This document shows, one piece after another, positions 1 to 22,692 of a DNA stretch of 64,000 bases. A program made the position numbers and the translations under genes. Origin of the DNA: the human T2T-CHM13v2.0 reference genome, Homo sapiens. Numbering within the stretch: the stretch's first letter is position 1; each line of letters opens with the position of its first letter. The stretch is taken from the NCBI RefSeq assembly GCF_009914755.1, contig NC_060929.1, one strand, 5' to 3'. The notes below the pieces were generated by a model that did not search any database, was not told the origin of the DNA, and was given only the letters and a program-made list of their open reading frames with translations.

Positions 1-2439
1 CCCAATTCAAAAATGTATTAACAGCAAGGATCAAGGATATTTATTAGCATACATAGCCGGATATAGAGTATGCGCCAGATATCAGATGGCAGGTGCTTCT
101 GACGCCATCAACGACTCACGTTCTCTTTGTCTCTAAACCTGACTTTCATATCCTAGGCCTCATCCAAAACTAGTTCCCTTGTAGTTTCACAATGGCTTCC
201 AGAGATATTTTAGGATGCCTTTTTGATTTTCATAAGAAGAGAGAGCAAGAACATGTGAAAGAGAAAATTCTTCCCCATTCTTCCCCAAACCTAGAACGGA
301 AGTCTTTCTCTTTTGTCAAGTGGACAATTAAAGTCATAGGCTCAAACTGAGTCAATGATGGCTAAGAGGGAGTTGTCAGGAACTTGGATTGTCTAATTAG
401 AAATCCATCTGGAGATGAGGATTTGTGTAGAATCCTGAAAAAAATCAGAGATCACTTTAGAAGGAAGGAGAAGGTGTAGGATTATTCCAAGCATACTGGT
501 TTTATAAAATCTAGCATCTTTTAAAACATTCAGCTTCATGTAACAATAAATTTGTCCTACTTTTATTTTGCACTGTCTTCTGACATCAAGTGAAAGTGAC
601 AATGAAGACATAATGAATAGGGAATAGATGCCAAGTTAAGAGTGGAGAGAAAGGACTAATTTTACAAGTGATTGTTTTATTAATACATATTTTTGTGCGG
701 TAAGAATTTGGGTGTCTTATCAATCTTTCAATTGAAGAAACTCAGGAAATGAATACTTATGTAACAAGGATCCCCTATATTTCCCCTAATATATATTTCA
801 CGTATATTACATGCCTGTAATTTATTAGTTCCAAGGGAAAGTATTCAAATATTTTTTACTGTGCATCAACAAAAAAGAATGTAGATATTGACAATCCAAG
901 GGGGTCATCTACGTTTAAGTTATAGAGAAGGTGACACAAAGGACCTCAATTTTTCCATGCACAGAAACAATGAATTTGAGGCATGTTCTTGGATAGTGAA
1001 GCACTCGAGCATCAACGCACGATGCAAGGTCACTGGAAAAAGCTCTGTCCTTGGTATTTTTCTCTGGCTCAGGAAACGATATGTGTAATAATATTGGTTA
1101 ACAAAATTATATTCAGTTTGTAGGGGAATCTTATTATATTTGTCTCTTATTTGTGTGATTTTCCCTTTTTTTTTAGTTCTAAATTAATATGCAGCATTTG
1201 TAAACCCACGTAAGAATGAACTGTGTTCTAGCAGATTTCTTTTGTATCTTGTGGCACAAGAGCTATGCTGAATTGATAGGTGAAGATGGGGAGAAAGATT
1301 GGCCTTTTTTCATATACGTTGAGGACTGAATCTGTGAAAGAAGATGACCATCAAAAATGATATATTGTTACTCAAGGGTGACAGTTAGAAAGGTGCATGT
1401 CAGTAATGACAAGCACAGGGAGGGACATCAGCCAGAGGCATCAATTCCTTTGTCCTTGATCACAATGTAACGAGCACTGGATAAAGACTGAGGAGGCTAG
1501 TCCCTGACAACTAACTTTACATATAACTACAGAGAGAGTAAGAGAAAGGTCAAAATGTTTTATCAAGAGAAAAGAATCTCTACAGACTGGTGGCTAAGAC
1601 AACAAGTTAAGTATTGAGGCTCAGAATAAAACATCTCTAGAAATACTCCTCTAGCATGCCTAGCAACATCTCTGCCTTTGTTTTGGCTGTTTGTTTGCTT
1701 TCTCCCTTGTCTTTCCACGAGCAGAAGGATCACACAGGGCATGTGGCCTTCAGGAAAGAAGTGACTGAGCAGGGTGAGGGTACGGGGTAGCAGCTAGTTA
1801 ATTAGTTAGTGAAAATGCTGGCCTGGTCCCTTGGTACCAAGAATCAAGATGAACTGTGAGGAACAACTGAAAGGAACTCTACCTTAGCGTTTGTGATGAT
1901 ATGTGGGCAGGATAAAAATATTTCTCTTCCCCACAAGATTGTCTTTTCTCTTTCCAGTATTATCGAGGGAGGCTGAACACAAGATAGAAACACCAGCCAG
2001 GTGAATGCCCTTATTTTACTTCTTATCAGAATATCTTTTCTCAGTAGCCCCAATCTGAGTCATCATCTTTTCAGCATACTTAACTGTAAAAAATATATAT
2101 ATATCCAGATAGAGAATGAAACTAATGTTTAAAAGATAGAGAAAACCAAGATAGAAGAGTAAACTAAAGACAATTAACTCCATCTGGTTTGAGGATACTT
2201 CCATAGGACAGACAAAGTAGAAAATAGTTTTTGGAGCACTTTTCAAGCAACCAGCTTTGGTACCTGTTTTTCTTCTAGCTCTTTGGCACCAATTATCTTT
2301 CCTCACAATTACCTGTACTTTTCTGCTGGGCTCAGCCATTGCCATGCTGTCTTCCTGAGAAAAAGTTCACTCTATAATGCATGAAATTTAATATATAATA
2401 ATAGTAAGAACAATTAAATTTGGTATAAACTTGCTGGCT

Positions 2440-2600
2440 GTCAGAGACTATTTAAAGTGTTTTATATTAATAATCATTTAATCCTCACAACACTTTAGTA
2501 TGGGCCTTAGCTCCATTTTCCAGATGACAAAACCATGACACAGAGACTTTAAATTTGATCACACAACATTAAGTGGCAAAGCTGACATTCCAAGCCTAGT
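2440..2600 (-). mobile_element. MIR SINE fragment (degenerate)
   Basis: 'catttaatcctcacaacac...ccattttccagatgacaaaac...cagagac' resembles the MIR core; boundaries approximate. Confidence 0.55.
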
Positions 2601-4604
2601 TTCCAGAGTGTATCCTAGCAGCTGCCTTGATATATAACCTCAAATCATTGTGCATAATATTTGGCAGTGAAATATTCTCTACTCTGAAGTGATTTTTTGG
2701 TCCCACTTCTAAAACTAGTATGTCATTTATCCTATTCTTTATTTTGATTTTTGCATAATTCACAAAAATAAGGCAATCCCTTGCATGTTTCTTCAAGGTT
2801 TCAGAATATTGATAGCTAGAATTGTTGCACAATTATCAATTTTAATTTAGGAAGTTTTTGTACTGGCCACAAACAACAATTCACTATTATTATTATTATT
2901 ACTACAGTTTAGTGCATTAGAAAAATGCAAAACAAAATCTAAGTTGAAAAAGAAGAGTTACCTGGTGGCCTAATTCCAGATGTATTGAGTAAGTGCTAAG
3001 GGTTCTTGAGAAAGTGCTAAGAGATTCAGTCCCACCATTTATAAATGATAAGAGTAGCTAACTTTTAATGAGGCTCCCAGAGCTAAAATTTGATGAGTAT
3101 ATAAAGTATTATAAATTATTTTTTAAGTGGAAATGGTTTTCTTATTCAGATTAAAACAAGATTAGACAATATTTCAGAGAACTATTTGTTAGGAGAAAAG
3201 ATCCTCTATTAAGTTGTTTTAAAATATTTCCCCATTTCTAAGGATACTATATAATATTCTCATATCCTTGGAAAGTGATCCATTTCTCTAAGAAAATATG
3301 ATTTCTTGATACTTTGTTAAATATTTTTAAAAGAAAACTATTATTTCCTGGAAAATAAATAACAACTTTTTTCAGCAGGCCAAAGAAGCCTCGATCATGC
3401 GAGGGTTTATGATGACATAAACTTTTCCTAGACACTAAAGGAAGACATTGCTCCTAGCACTCTACCATCTGCTGCAGATATTTTAAAATTCTAAAGCACT
3501 AACAATGATGCAATTTGCTACATTTTGAGCTGCATTTTACAACTCTCTCTTTGCTGAATTACTATTGATGACATTAAAACCCTTTACAAATCAAGACAAC
3601 ACATTTGCTTGCTACTGCCACCAAAGAGCTGTCAGCTACTCTTTTTCTGTGCTGGAATATACCTGCTACCTTCTTCATGGTCAGCAATGTTTAAACCCTT
3701 TTAAAGAATGGGAAGTAGAACACAACATCATTGTCTACATTAATTATCACTTGTTTAAAAAAATACCCAGGAAGAAGGCAACCTTTGACTTGAAAAACAA
3801 ATAAACTGGGAAGTGTAGTGAGCAATTTATTACATTTTTTCCTTCTCATGAATAAAAAGGAGTATTCTCCAGATTTCTGGGAACAAAAGACTGGGAATCA
3901 CTGGAATGAGTTATATAACATAGGATATTCAAGGAACTAAAATATTTCTTCATGAGTACAGATGTTAAACTTGGAGAATTACTCAGAGAATATAAGTTTC
4001 CTAAAAAAAAGAAAAAAATGGCAAAAGTTAAGATCTAAATATTTGATAAAGATTTAAAAGTTTTCTTTTTTCTTGGCAGTTGAGCAAGTAATAGCTTCAC
4101 AGATAGATAGATTTGAATAACTCCAATTTCAAAATTATTTTCAGCCAGTGATATTGTGATATGGGGCTTTCTGCAATACTGCTTGCTTAGAGGAACAGAG
4201 AGAATAAAAATCAGCAATTACCAACTAAGTTTCAGTGCAGCCTAACATCTGATAGTCACCAGTTTCAAACTTCAGAAATTATTATCAACTGTTACTTTCT
4301 AAAAGTCACTATAATATTCAAACATTTCCCCTGGAAAAATGGCACCTGCCAGAAAAAGTAACGGTATAAGTTATGCATCCATTTTACAGGACACATTTTA
4401 CAAGAGATTTTCATATAAATGAAATTAATCGTTTGGGGAATTCTTGGTTAGTTTCCTAACATGTTTTTTCCAAAAAAAAAAAAAAAAATCTCTTCCTTGT
4501 TTTCTTTTCCTTAAGTTTCCATAAACTAGAATCTTCTTATATCCAATTTCTCATATTAATTTGTGTTACATTTCATTACTGAAATAATTTTAACCATTTT
4601 TATT

Positions 4605-7488
<2,884 letters not shown>

Positions 7489-8989
7489 TATTATACCTGT
7501 TAAGAAACCTACATCTACAATTGTCATGGATTTATGGACACTTCTTATTTATTAGACAGAAAATTTATTTGAAATTTGATATAAAAATAATTTACATATT
7601 CATAGAAAGGTTATTTCTTTTTTTCAAGTTTTAAGGTAAGAATAAAGCAGTTTTATCAAGTAACATTCTAATTCCCAAATGTTCTACTGCATAAAATGAG
7701 GGAAAGGTGACTTCGCAAACAACACTGAGGGTTGAGTCACCACACTTGGAAGTGGCAAACTCTTTGTCATCCTATTTTTATTATTGAGCACTTAGTGAAA
7801 GTGAAAGAGTGGTGAGGTTCTAAGCAGGTGGCCAGACAAGATGTGAATGAATCACTTGGAGTAAAGGCACAGACATAGCTTGTCACAAGAGCAAGATATT
7901 TGAAAAAGAGCCATCCATTAAATGATCCCACATACAGTTCTGTCCCCACCCAGAAAAGTATCCTGTCCCCAAAGACCTTCTGCTTCATATAATCACAATG
8001 GAATTAATAATGGCAATGTTATCCACTGTATATTACATTCTAGTTACCAAGATAGACACTGTGCATATATTATTTCTAACCACTAACTCAGTCCTACAGA
8101 GTGTATATCATTACTTTTACGTAAAAATGAGGAAAGGGAAGCTCAGATAGGCACATGGCTATGTAAGGTCCTAATACTAAGAAGTGGCTGAGCTGTGGGG
8201 CTTACCTGCATCTGACCTCAGGACTGACTAATATCACAGCCGAGGTCTATTCATCATAATTTGCAGCTACATGTTGCTTTGGTTGCATATAAAGTTGTTT
8301 CTGAGGAGAGTGGACTAAAAAAGGGCAACCCAAATATTTAAAATTTGATTTCTAAAATTCTGTTATCTGTTCATCTACCCTGAAAATAATTGAAAGTGGG
8401 GAACAAGTGCAATGGGCGTATGAAATTTAAATTTGAGACACAAGTGGACTCACTAAATTAGAAAAGTCTATGTCAGATTTCATCCTGTGGTACTGTAATA
8501 AATATATCACCTAAGATATTGAATGGTCTTCATGAATAAATGACTCCTTTTTGCCACTCCATTTTCACCTCTGTGCCCTTTACTTCCTCACTTTGTAGTG
8601 GCTGAATTAGGCAGACTGTAGACTTATTCTAGGTTTTTGATCAGTGTCTAGGTTAGAATCAAAACACACAGTTCTGAGGGTAAGAACAAAGTTTGAATGG
8701 AGGGAGTAACATAAGGCAGTCCTTTCCAACCTCTCTAGAATCTGTTATTTTGGTTTATTAGCGTTGACCAGTCCCCATGACAAACAGGAAAAGCCAGTCT
8801 CTGACACTTAGGACTCTGCCTCCCCTAGTTTTGATGCTCAGAAGGAGATGCTTCTAGCTTTTTCATAACTAGTCATATGTGATGCATTAGCAATAATACC
8901 TACGCAATCACTGTTAATTTAAAATGTGGCTCTGGACATTTTCATCAATAAACAATTATAATTGTAAATGCTTTTAAAAGTTTTATTGA

Positions 8990-9294
<305 letters not shown>

Positions 9295-12111
9295 GTTTTA
9301 TTGAACTATAATTCCAGCTTATAATCAAACAAGGCCAAATTTGAACTTCAAGAAATATTCCGATTATATGGAAAATTTGTGAACTCCCTAGAAACATTAC
9401 CTTAGACTGACAATCTGAGGAAGAATCCTACAACCTAATAGAATAAATAGAATGAAGGGCCCATAATTATAAACAGAAAGACTTCCCTTTAAGCAGTACC
9501 TGCTGAAATGATGGCAGCTTTCTCTGAAAAGAATGCTTGATAATCAGGAAATGAACATTTAAGTTAGACAATGCTTTACCTTTTATTCTGTTTATTTTAA
9601 CTGTATTTTTCTTTGTAATTATACTATAAACAGTTCATCGATGAACACTTGATATACCGCAGATGGTGAAGGGATTGGACAGTGTTGTATTCTTCAGCAT
9701 CTTGGTCACTTTACCCTCATTAAGAGAGGTCTCAGCATTACAATTAGGAAGAGGTATTTGTTTTCTGTCTGCTTTATTGTTCATGAAAGAAAAAGGATGA
9801 TTTCCCAGTAAAAGCACCAGGAATCTAACCCCTGGGTTGGCTCTTTATTCTCCCTGAAATTGTACTTGACTGCATAAAAATTATTTACCCTCTTAGTATA
9901 TTTAAGAATGTTAAAAAGAAGACACTTGTACCTCTCTTAGAAAATCACATAAAGCTTGATCAATTAATATTTACAAAATAATTTGAACCTCTTGAAGTTC
10001 CATAGAGCTTCTAAATATTAAAATAGTGTATGACTTCAAAATCCACTTTTTAATCCTTTGGTTTTATTTAAAATTAGTGTCCTCCACCCAATATTAGTAA
10101 AAACTGAGAGTGAGCTGAGTAACAGATTTCAGCACTGTCAGTAAGGCAGCTTTCCTTTGCTTTGCCTGTATCTCTGTAGGTCTCCTTGTTAATCATTTTA
10201 CTTTATTATTTATTCCATATATATTTCCATGAAGAGTTCTTAATGATAAAAATCTGATTTCTTGATCCACAATCAAATCTTACTATGGCCAGCTGCTATG
10301 TCTTCATAACTCTGAAAATATTACGTCTCTTTGCAAGTTGGCTCTAACACAAGGAAGGTTACTAAACTAACCCAATTAAATTGAGCATATCTGCAAGTTT
10401 AGATGATTATTGCTGTTATCTGTGAGGGCTGGGATCCAACGTGATGGATTGCTGGCTACCTTAGTGAATTCTAAAGGGGAAAAATATCTTATCCTGGATT
10501 AGCTTGAGTTGGCTTACATAAAGGTTTTATGATGCAAATTGGAGATATTGGACTTAGTAACAACCTACACTATCTGTTATATTCTCCTGTCTCATAGTCA
10601 CAGGAAGCTTTCTTGAGTATGATGCTCCATCCTCATTAATAAGCTCTGTGTTGTACATCTTTGTCTGATATGAAGCTGCCATACCTTGTCACCAATTATA
10701 GGCTCTGAAAAGACCCATCTCATTATAGTACTTAAATTGCTTGTTCCTGAAGGTGATGCTTGGTGTGTCTCTTCTGCCTCTTGCCAACAGGAAAATCACC
10801 CTTGAAGTGAATAGATGTCAGTCAAAAGGTACAAAAGAAAAGCAAAAAGAATTAATAAAAAACCTGGCTGGAATATTTATCAGCTTATTGCACAGAAAAG
10901 AATGTTGATCAGACAAATAAATTGCCAGGCTAAAAGTGACACTTTTGAACATTTTAATCACATGAAACCTATCTGTCCATGAATTTGGGACCAAGCAAAT
11001 ATTTTGAATGTGAATCACATGTGCGGACCAAAGTAGATTGTTTATGTGACACATATCTCTAGTTTCAAATTTGGTATTACTGCCACCATTACTTCATAGC
11101 AATTTGCAGAATCTGTCATTGTAGCACCGAGGAAAGAATGCCATGTTTGAAAACACGTTTTCTCTATTTCTCATTGCATCTGTAGGTGATAGGACATTAA
11201 GCACAATGCAAGAGGATTCTTTTCTTGGATGCCATAACCCTGTTTTACAAGCCTGACCCATGGGGTTTTTTAAAAATAAATTGTACTTGATCAGTAAATT
11301 GAAATATCAATTAATAAATTACTGGATTAACTGGGTAAAAAAAGGGGTATAGCAGAATGCTCTTCTGCCAAAAGAAAGCTGGAAAGCTAACATAATAGGA
11401 TTGAAAGTATGCAAAACACATTTGAAATGCATTCAAAGAACATTCATTTCCAGGTGCAAAAATGTTCTATTTATTCTATTCCATTTTAAAAAGGAAAAAA
11501 TGCATTATAAATTCTCTTTACTAACAATAAGCCCTATTATAAGTAAGTGTAGAAAGAAATGTTTATATTTTCCTTTATCCCTATTTACTTCTGGAATATA
11601 TGAGTTTATTCACAGGTTAAACCAATAGAGACTATTTTAATGGTGAAGACTCTCCAAAGGCATTCTAGTCTCAGATATCTGTCCCATACCACCCCAGCTA
11701 TAGAATTGAGTCACCCAAGGGCAAGATGAAAAGGTTCACAGAACTCCTCGGAAATAGAATGCAGTTTCTATTAGCCCTTGGAACACAACTATATCCTAGT
11801 TCTTTACAATACATCTCAAAAGTGTAGATCTTGTGGTGTCATCCAACACTCTATGCCTCATTTGAAGAGAAAATGTTCAATGTTAATACCACCAGATTTC
11901 CTCTTGACAAGAGACTCAATAAATTAAGCCCATTGTTTTAGTCAGTCTACCTAGTCTAGTTAGCTAAATCCTCAAATGCAGTGAGAATACACCATTTTCA
12001 TATATTATCCACTTGCATACATGGATAAGCTTATATATGTATGTACACAAATGAACAATATTCAAGAAAGCTTTATATATATGTAAAGCACATATATATA
12101 AGATTTACATT

Positions 12112-12152
<41 letters not shown>
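12112..12152. repeat. Compound (TG)n(TA)n microsatellite
   Basis: Seen directly. Confidence 0.95.
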
Positions 12153-12153
<1 letters not shown>

Positions 12154-13360
12154 AGCTTTCAGAAGAAATAATAGAAAGAGAAAAAAGATAATCAGATCAA
12201 ATAGAAAGCATATATGTTGAAAAAATACTTTGTCCATGACACTTGTACAAGATACAACACATATCTCTTGTTTCAGATTTGGTGTTCACCTCCACCATTA
12301 CTTCATAGCGATTTGCAGACTCTAACAATGCATGATCTGAATCTGGAAGTTGGAGAAAACTCTCCACTATTAATTCCTGGCCAAAACAATAACAGAATTC
12401 TGACATTCTCATTGAATTCAAAAGATCCTTCCATAATTGGTGTTTAGAAGCATTTTGGCTTTATTTCAGCAGCATCAAAAACTGAGAACATTAATTCACT
12501 AATTAACACTATCACTATCTTTTTACTATTACTCTGCAAAGCTCATTGGAAACTATACAGAACCAAATACTTATAAAGTCTTATTGCAAACCCAGCTTCT
12601 CAAAGAGAAGTTATGATATATGTGAACACATTTTGGTATTTAGTTAAATATATGAATATCATTTTCTACATTATTGTTTAGATATTTCAAAAGAAAATTT
12701 TAATTAAATATAAATTCAAACATATAAGTTAAAGTTATATTTACCCAGGTATCAAATAAACATGAAAGTGTAAGTGCTAAACATGATACAGGAAAAGACT
12801 AAACACATTTCACTTTTATTTTGTACACATAAGCTGTTTGAAAAAGGTTACTTTCTCTATCAGATTCTAATGTTTGGGCTATTTTTTAATATTCATTTAT
12901 TTTAGTGGATAATAATACTTGTATATATTTATAGGGTACAATGTGATGTTAGCGTACATTTACACATTATAGAATAATTAAATAAGACTAATTAATATGC
13001 CCAGCATCTCATATACCTATTCTTTCTCTTTTTTTTAGAAACTTTAAAATACTCTTTAGTAATTTAAAAATATGCAATAGAGTACACTGTTATAATATTA
13101 ACTGTACTCACTATGCTGTATAAAAGATCCATATTAGTCAGTCTTGCATTGCAATAAAGGAATACCTGAGGCGGGGTAATTTACAAAGAAAGAGGTTTGT
13201 TTGGCTCACGGTTCTGCATGCTGTAGATGAAGCACAGTGCTGGCATCTACTTCCGGTGAGGGCCTTAAGAAGCTTGGAATCATTGTAGAAGGTGAAGGAC
13301 AAACAGTGTGTCACATGGCAAGAGAAGGAACAAGAGAGAGAAAGAAGGTGTGAGGCTCTT

Positions 13361-13398
13361 TTAGGATGACAGTGCCTTACTCATTAGGCAACTGGAGC
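13361..13398 (-). pseudogene. Tailless 5' half of tRNA-Arg(CCT) retrocopy
   Basis: Minus strand GCTCCAGTTGCCTAATGAGTAAGGCACTGTCATCCTAA matches the human tRNA-Arg-CCT 5' half as I recall it (GCCCCAGTGGCCTAATGGATAAGGCACTGGCCTCCTAA) at 32/38, ending in the anticodon loop. Confidence 0.8.
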
Positions 13399-13418
13399 CA
13401 CTCCCTGAGCCAGGCTTC

Positions 13419-15337
<1,919 letters not shown>

Positions 15338-16025
15338 CTCTTTTAAGCAACCAGATTTTATATGAACTCATAGAGTACTCATTACTCAGAGGACAGCACC
15401 AAACCATTCATAAAACCTCCCACTAGGCCTGCCTCCAATACTGGTTCTCACATCTCAACATAAAATTTGGAGGGGACAGAACATCCAGGCCATATAAAGA
15501 GTGCCAGAATTTATTTCTCCTGTCTACCTGAAACTTGCCCATTTTTAATGCAGAGTTACAGGAAAAGGATTTCTTCTTGAGTGTGACTTATTACCTGTGC
15601 CATGGGTAGCAATATATTGCCATGTAAAGAACATTTGAGACACTACTCTTTATTCTCCATGCAAATCACATTTGAAGCTATAAGACAAAAGAAAATAAAA
15701 CTGTGGCCTTTTGCTTGAAAAAGTCAGCTCAAAAATAAAAATAAGAAAAGATGGTAGATAGAAAAATGAAACATAATTGAGAGTTCAGAAAAAGATCCAC
15801 ATAAATATAGGCAACTGATCTTTGACAAAGGAGCAAAGACAATACAACAAAACAAATATAATTCTTTCAACAAATGGTGTTAAAACAGTTAGATATCCAC
15901 ATGCCAAAGGGAGATAAAAATGAACGTACAAAGATGGCCAAATAGGAACAGCTCCAGTCTACAGCTCCCAGTGTGAGCAACACAGAAGATGGGTGATTTC
16001 TGCATTTCCATCTGAGGTACTGGGT

Positions 16026-16361
16026 TCATCTCACTAGGGAGTGCCAGACAGTGGGCGCAGGACAGTGGGTGCAGCACACCGTGTGCCAGCTGAAGCATTG
16101 CCTCACTTGGGAAGCACAAGGGGTCAGGGAGTTCCCTTTCCTGGTCAAAGAAAGGGGTGACAGACGGCACCTGGAAAATCGGGCCACTCCCACCCGAATA
16201 CTGTGCTTTTCCGATGGGCTTAGGAAACGGCGCACCAGGAGATTATATCCCGCACCTGGCTCAGAGGGTCCTACGCCCATGGAGTCTTGCTGATTGCTAG
16301 CACAGCAGTTTGAGATCAAACTGCAAGGTGGCAGCGAGGCTGGGGGAGGGGCGCCTGCCAT
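16026..16361 (-). CDS. L1 antisense ORF0, open (111 aa), with GT splice donor after 16256
   Basis: MAGAPPPASLPPCSLIS..CCASNQ..GVGPSEPG is the primate L1 ORF0 N-terminus; donor CCAG|GTGCGG lies 106 nt after the ATG. Expression is unknown. Confidence 0.7.
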   Translation of the reverse strand: MAGAPPPASLPPCSLISNCCASNQQDSMGVGPSEPGAGYNLLVRRFLSPSEKHSIRVGVARFSRCRLSPLSLTRKGNSLTPCASQVRQCFSWHTVCCTHCPAPTVWHSLVR

Positions 16362-16944
16362 TGCCCAGGCTCCCTTAGGTAAACAAAGCAGCCTGGAAGC
16401 TCAAACTGGGTGGAGCCCACCACAGCTCAAGGAGGCCTGCCTGCCTCTGTAGGTTCCACCTCTGGGGGCAGGGCACAGACAAACAAAAAGACAGCAGTAA
16501 CCTCTGCAGACTTAAATGTCCCTGTCTGACAGCTTTGAGGAGAGCAGTGGTTCTCCCAGCAGGCAGCTGGAGATCTGAGAATGGGCAGACTGCCTCCTCA
16601 AGTGGGTCCCTGACCCCTGACACCCAAGCAGCCTAACTGGGAGGCACCCCCTAGAAGGGGCAGACTGACACCTCACACGGCTGGGTACTCCTCTGAGACA
16701 AAACTTCCAGAGGAATGATGAGACAGCAGTATTCGTGGATCATGAAAATCCGTGGTTCTGCAGACACCACTGCTGGTACCCAGGCAAACAGGGTCTGGAG
16801 TGGACCTCTAGCAAACTCCAACAGACCTCCAGCTGAGGGTCCTGTCTGTTAGAAGGAAAACTAACAAACAGAAAGGACATCCACACCAAAAACCCATCTG
16901 TACATCACCATCATCAAAGACCAAAAGTAGATAAAACCACAAAG

Positions 16945-17928
16945 ATGGGGAATAAACGGAGCAGAAAAACTGGAAACTCTAAAAAGCAGAGCGCCTCTCC
17001 TCCTCCAAAGGAACGCAGTTCCTCACCAGCAACAGAACAAAGCTGGACAGAGAATGACTTTGACAAGTTGAGAGAAGAAGGCTTCAGACGATCAAACTAC
17101 TCCGAGCTACAGGAGGAAATTCAAACCAAAGGCAAAGAAGTTGAAAACTTTGAAAAAAATTTAGACGAATGTATAACTAGAATAACCAATAAAGAGAAGT
17201 GCTTAAAGGAGCTGATGGAGCTGAAAACCAAGGCTCGAGAACTACGTGAAGAATGCAGAAGCCTCTGGAACTGATGCAATCAACTGGAAGAAAGGGTATC
17301 AGTGATGGAAGATGGAATCAATGAAATGAAGCGAGACGGGAAGTTTTGAGAAAAAAGAATAAAAAGAAATGAACAAAGCCTCCAAGAAATATGGGACTAT
17401 GTGAAAAGACCAAATCTGTGTCTGATTGGTGTACCTGAAAGTGACGGGGAGAATGGAACCAAGTTGGAAAACACTCTGCAGGATATTATCCAGGAGAACT
17501 TCCCAAATCTAGCAAGGCAGGCCAACATTCAGATTCAGGAAATACAGAGAACACCACAAAGATACTCCTCGAGAAGAGCAACTCCAAGACACATAATTGT
17601 CAGATTCACCAAAGCTGAAAAGAAGGAAAAAATGTTAAGGGCAGCCAGAGACAAAGGTCGGGTTACCCACAAAGGGAAGCCCATCACACTAACAGCGGAT
17701 CTCTCGGCAGAAACTCTACAAGCCAGAAGGGAGTGGGGGCCAATATTCAACATTCTTAAAGAAAAGAATTTTCAACCCAGAATTTCATATCTAGCCAAAC
17801 TAAGCTTCATAAGTGAAGGAGAAATAAAATACTTTACATACAAGCAAATGCTGAGAGATTTTGTCACCACCAGGCCTGCCCTAATAGAGCTCCTGAAGGA
17901 AGCACTAAACATGGAAAGGCACAACTAG
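16945..17928 (+). pseudogene. L1 ORF1p (RNA-binding chaperone) with premature stops
   Basis: Fragments 16945-17274 and 17401-17928; in-frame TGA at 17272 and 17347. Confidence 0.95.
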
Positions 17929-18024
17929 TACCAGCCGCTGCAAAATCATGCCAAAATGTAAAGACCATCAAGATTAGGAAGAAACTGCATCAACTAACGA
18001 GCAAAATACCTAGCTAACATCATA

Positions 18025-21850
<3,826 letters not shown>

Positions 21851-22341
21851 TGAACAATGAGAACACATGGACACAGGAAGGGGAACATCACACTCTGTGG
21901 ACTGTTGTGGGGTGGGGGGAGGGGGGAGCGATAGCATTAGGAGATATACCTAATGCTAAATGACGAGTTAATGGGTGCAGCACACCAGCATGGCACATGT
22001 ATACATATGTAACTAACCTGTACATTGTGCACATGTACCCTAAAACTTAAAGTATAAAAAAAAAAAATGAGCGTACATACAGACCTTATACTCTTGACAA
22101 AAGTTAACTCAAAATGGATCATAAACTGAAAATATAAAACACAAAACTAGACAACCTTGGTATAGTGATGACTTTTTAGACACAATACCAAAGGCAAGAC
22201 CTATAAAAGAAATAATAGATAAGCTTGATTTCATTAAAAGTAAAAACTTCTTCTGTATGAGTGACAATGCCAAGAAAATGAAAAGACAAGCCACAGATTG
22301 AGAGAAAATATTTGGTAAAGATGCATCTGATAAAGGTCTGT

Positions 22342-22692
22342 TGATATGGTTTGGCTATCAAACCACCCAAATGAACTATAGCTTCCAAAATTCTCACCTA
22401 TTGTGGGAGGGACCTGGTGAAAGGTAATTGAATCATTGGTGTGGTCTTTCCCATGCTGTTCTTATGACAGTGAATAAGTCTCACGAAAGCTAATGGTTTT
22501 ATAAAGGGGAGTTTTCCTGCACAAGCGCTCTTCTCTTGTCTGCTGTCATGTGAGACACACATTTCACCTTCCGCCATGACTGTGAGACCTCCCCAACTAC
22601 GTGGAACTGTGAGTCCATAAAACCTTTGTTTCCTCATAAATTACCCAGCCTTGGGTATCTCCTTATCAGAAGCATAAGAGCAGACTAATACA
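22342..22692 (+). mobile_element. THE1 (B/C-like) solo LTR
   Basis: Termini 'tgatatggtttggct' and 'cagactaataca'; 5-bp TSD tctgt/actgt. Confidence 0.9.

Noticed and set aside
100-400. Possible MLT1-type LTR remnant
   Set aside because: The similarity is too faint to call without a profile search.
2016-2345. 109-aa ORF with a hydrophobic, TM-like stretch
   Set aside because: The hydrophobic part comes from a T-rich, intron-like tract between a predicted donor and acceptor, and I recognise no homologue.
3455-3630. CTCF-like motifs 'taccatctgctgc' and 'ctgccaccaaagag'
   Set aside because: Too many mismatches to the core to support by eye.
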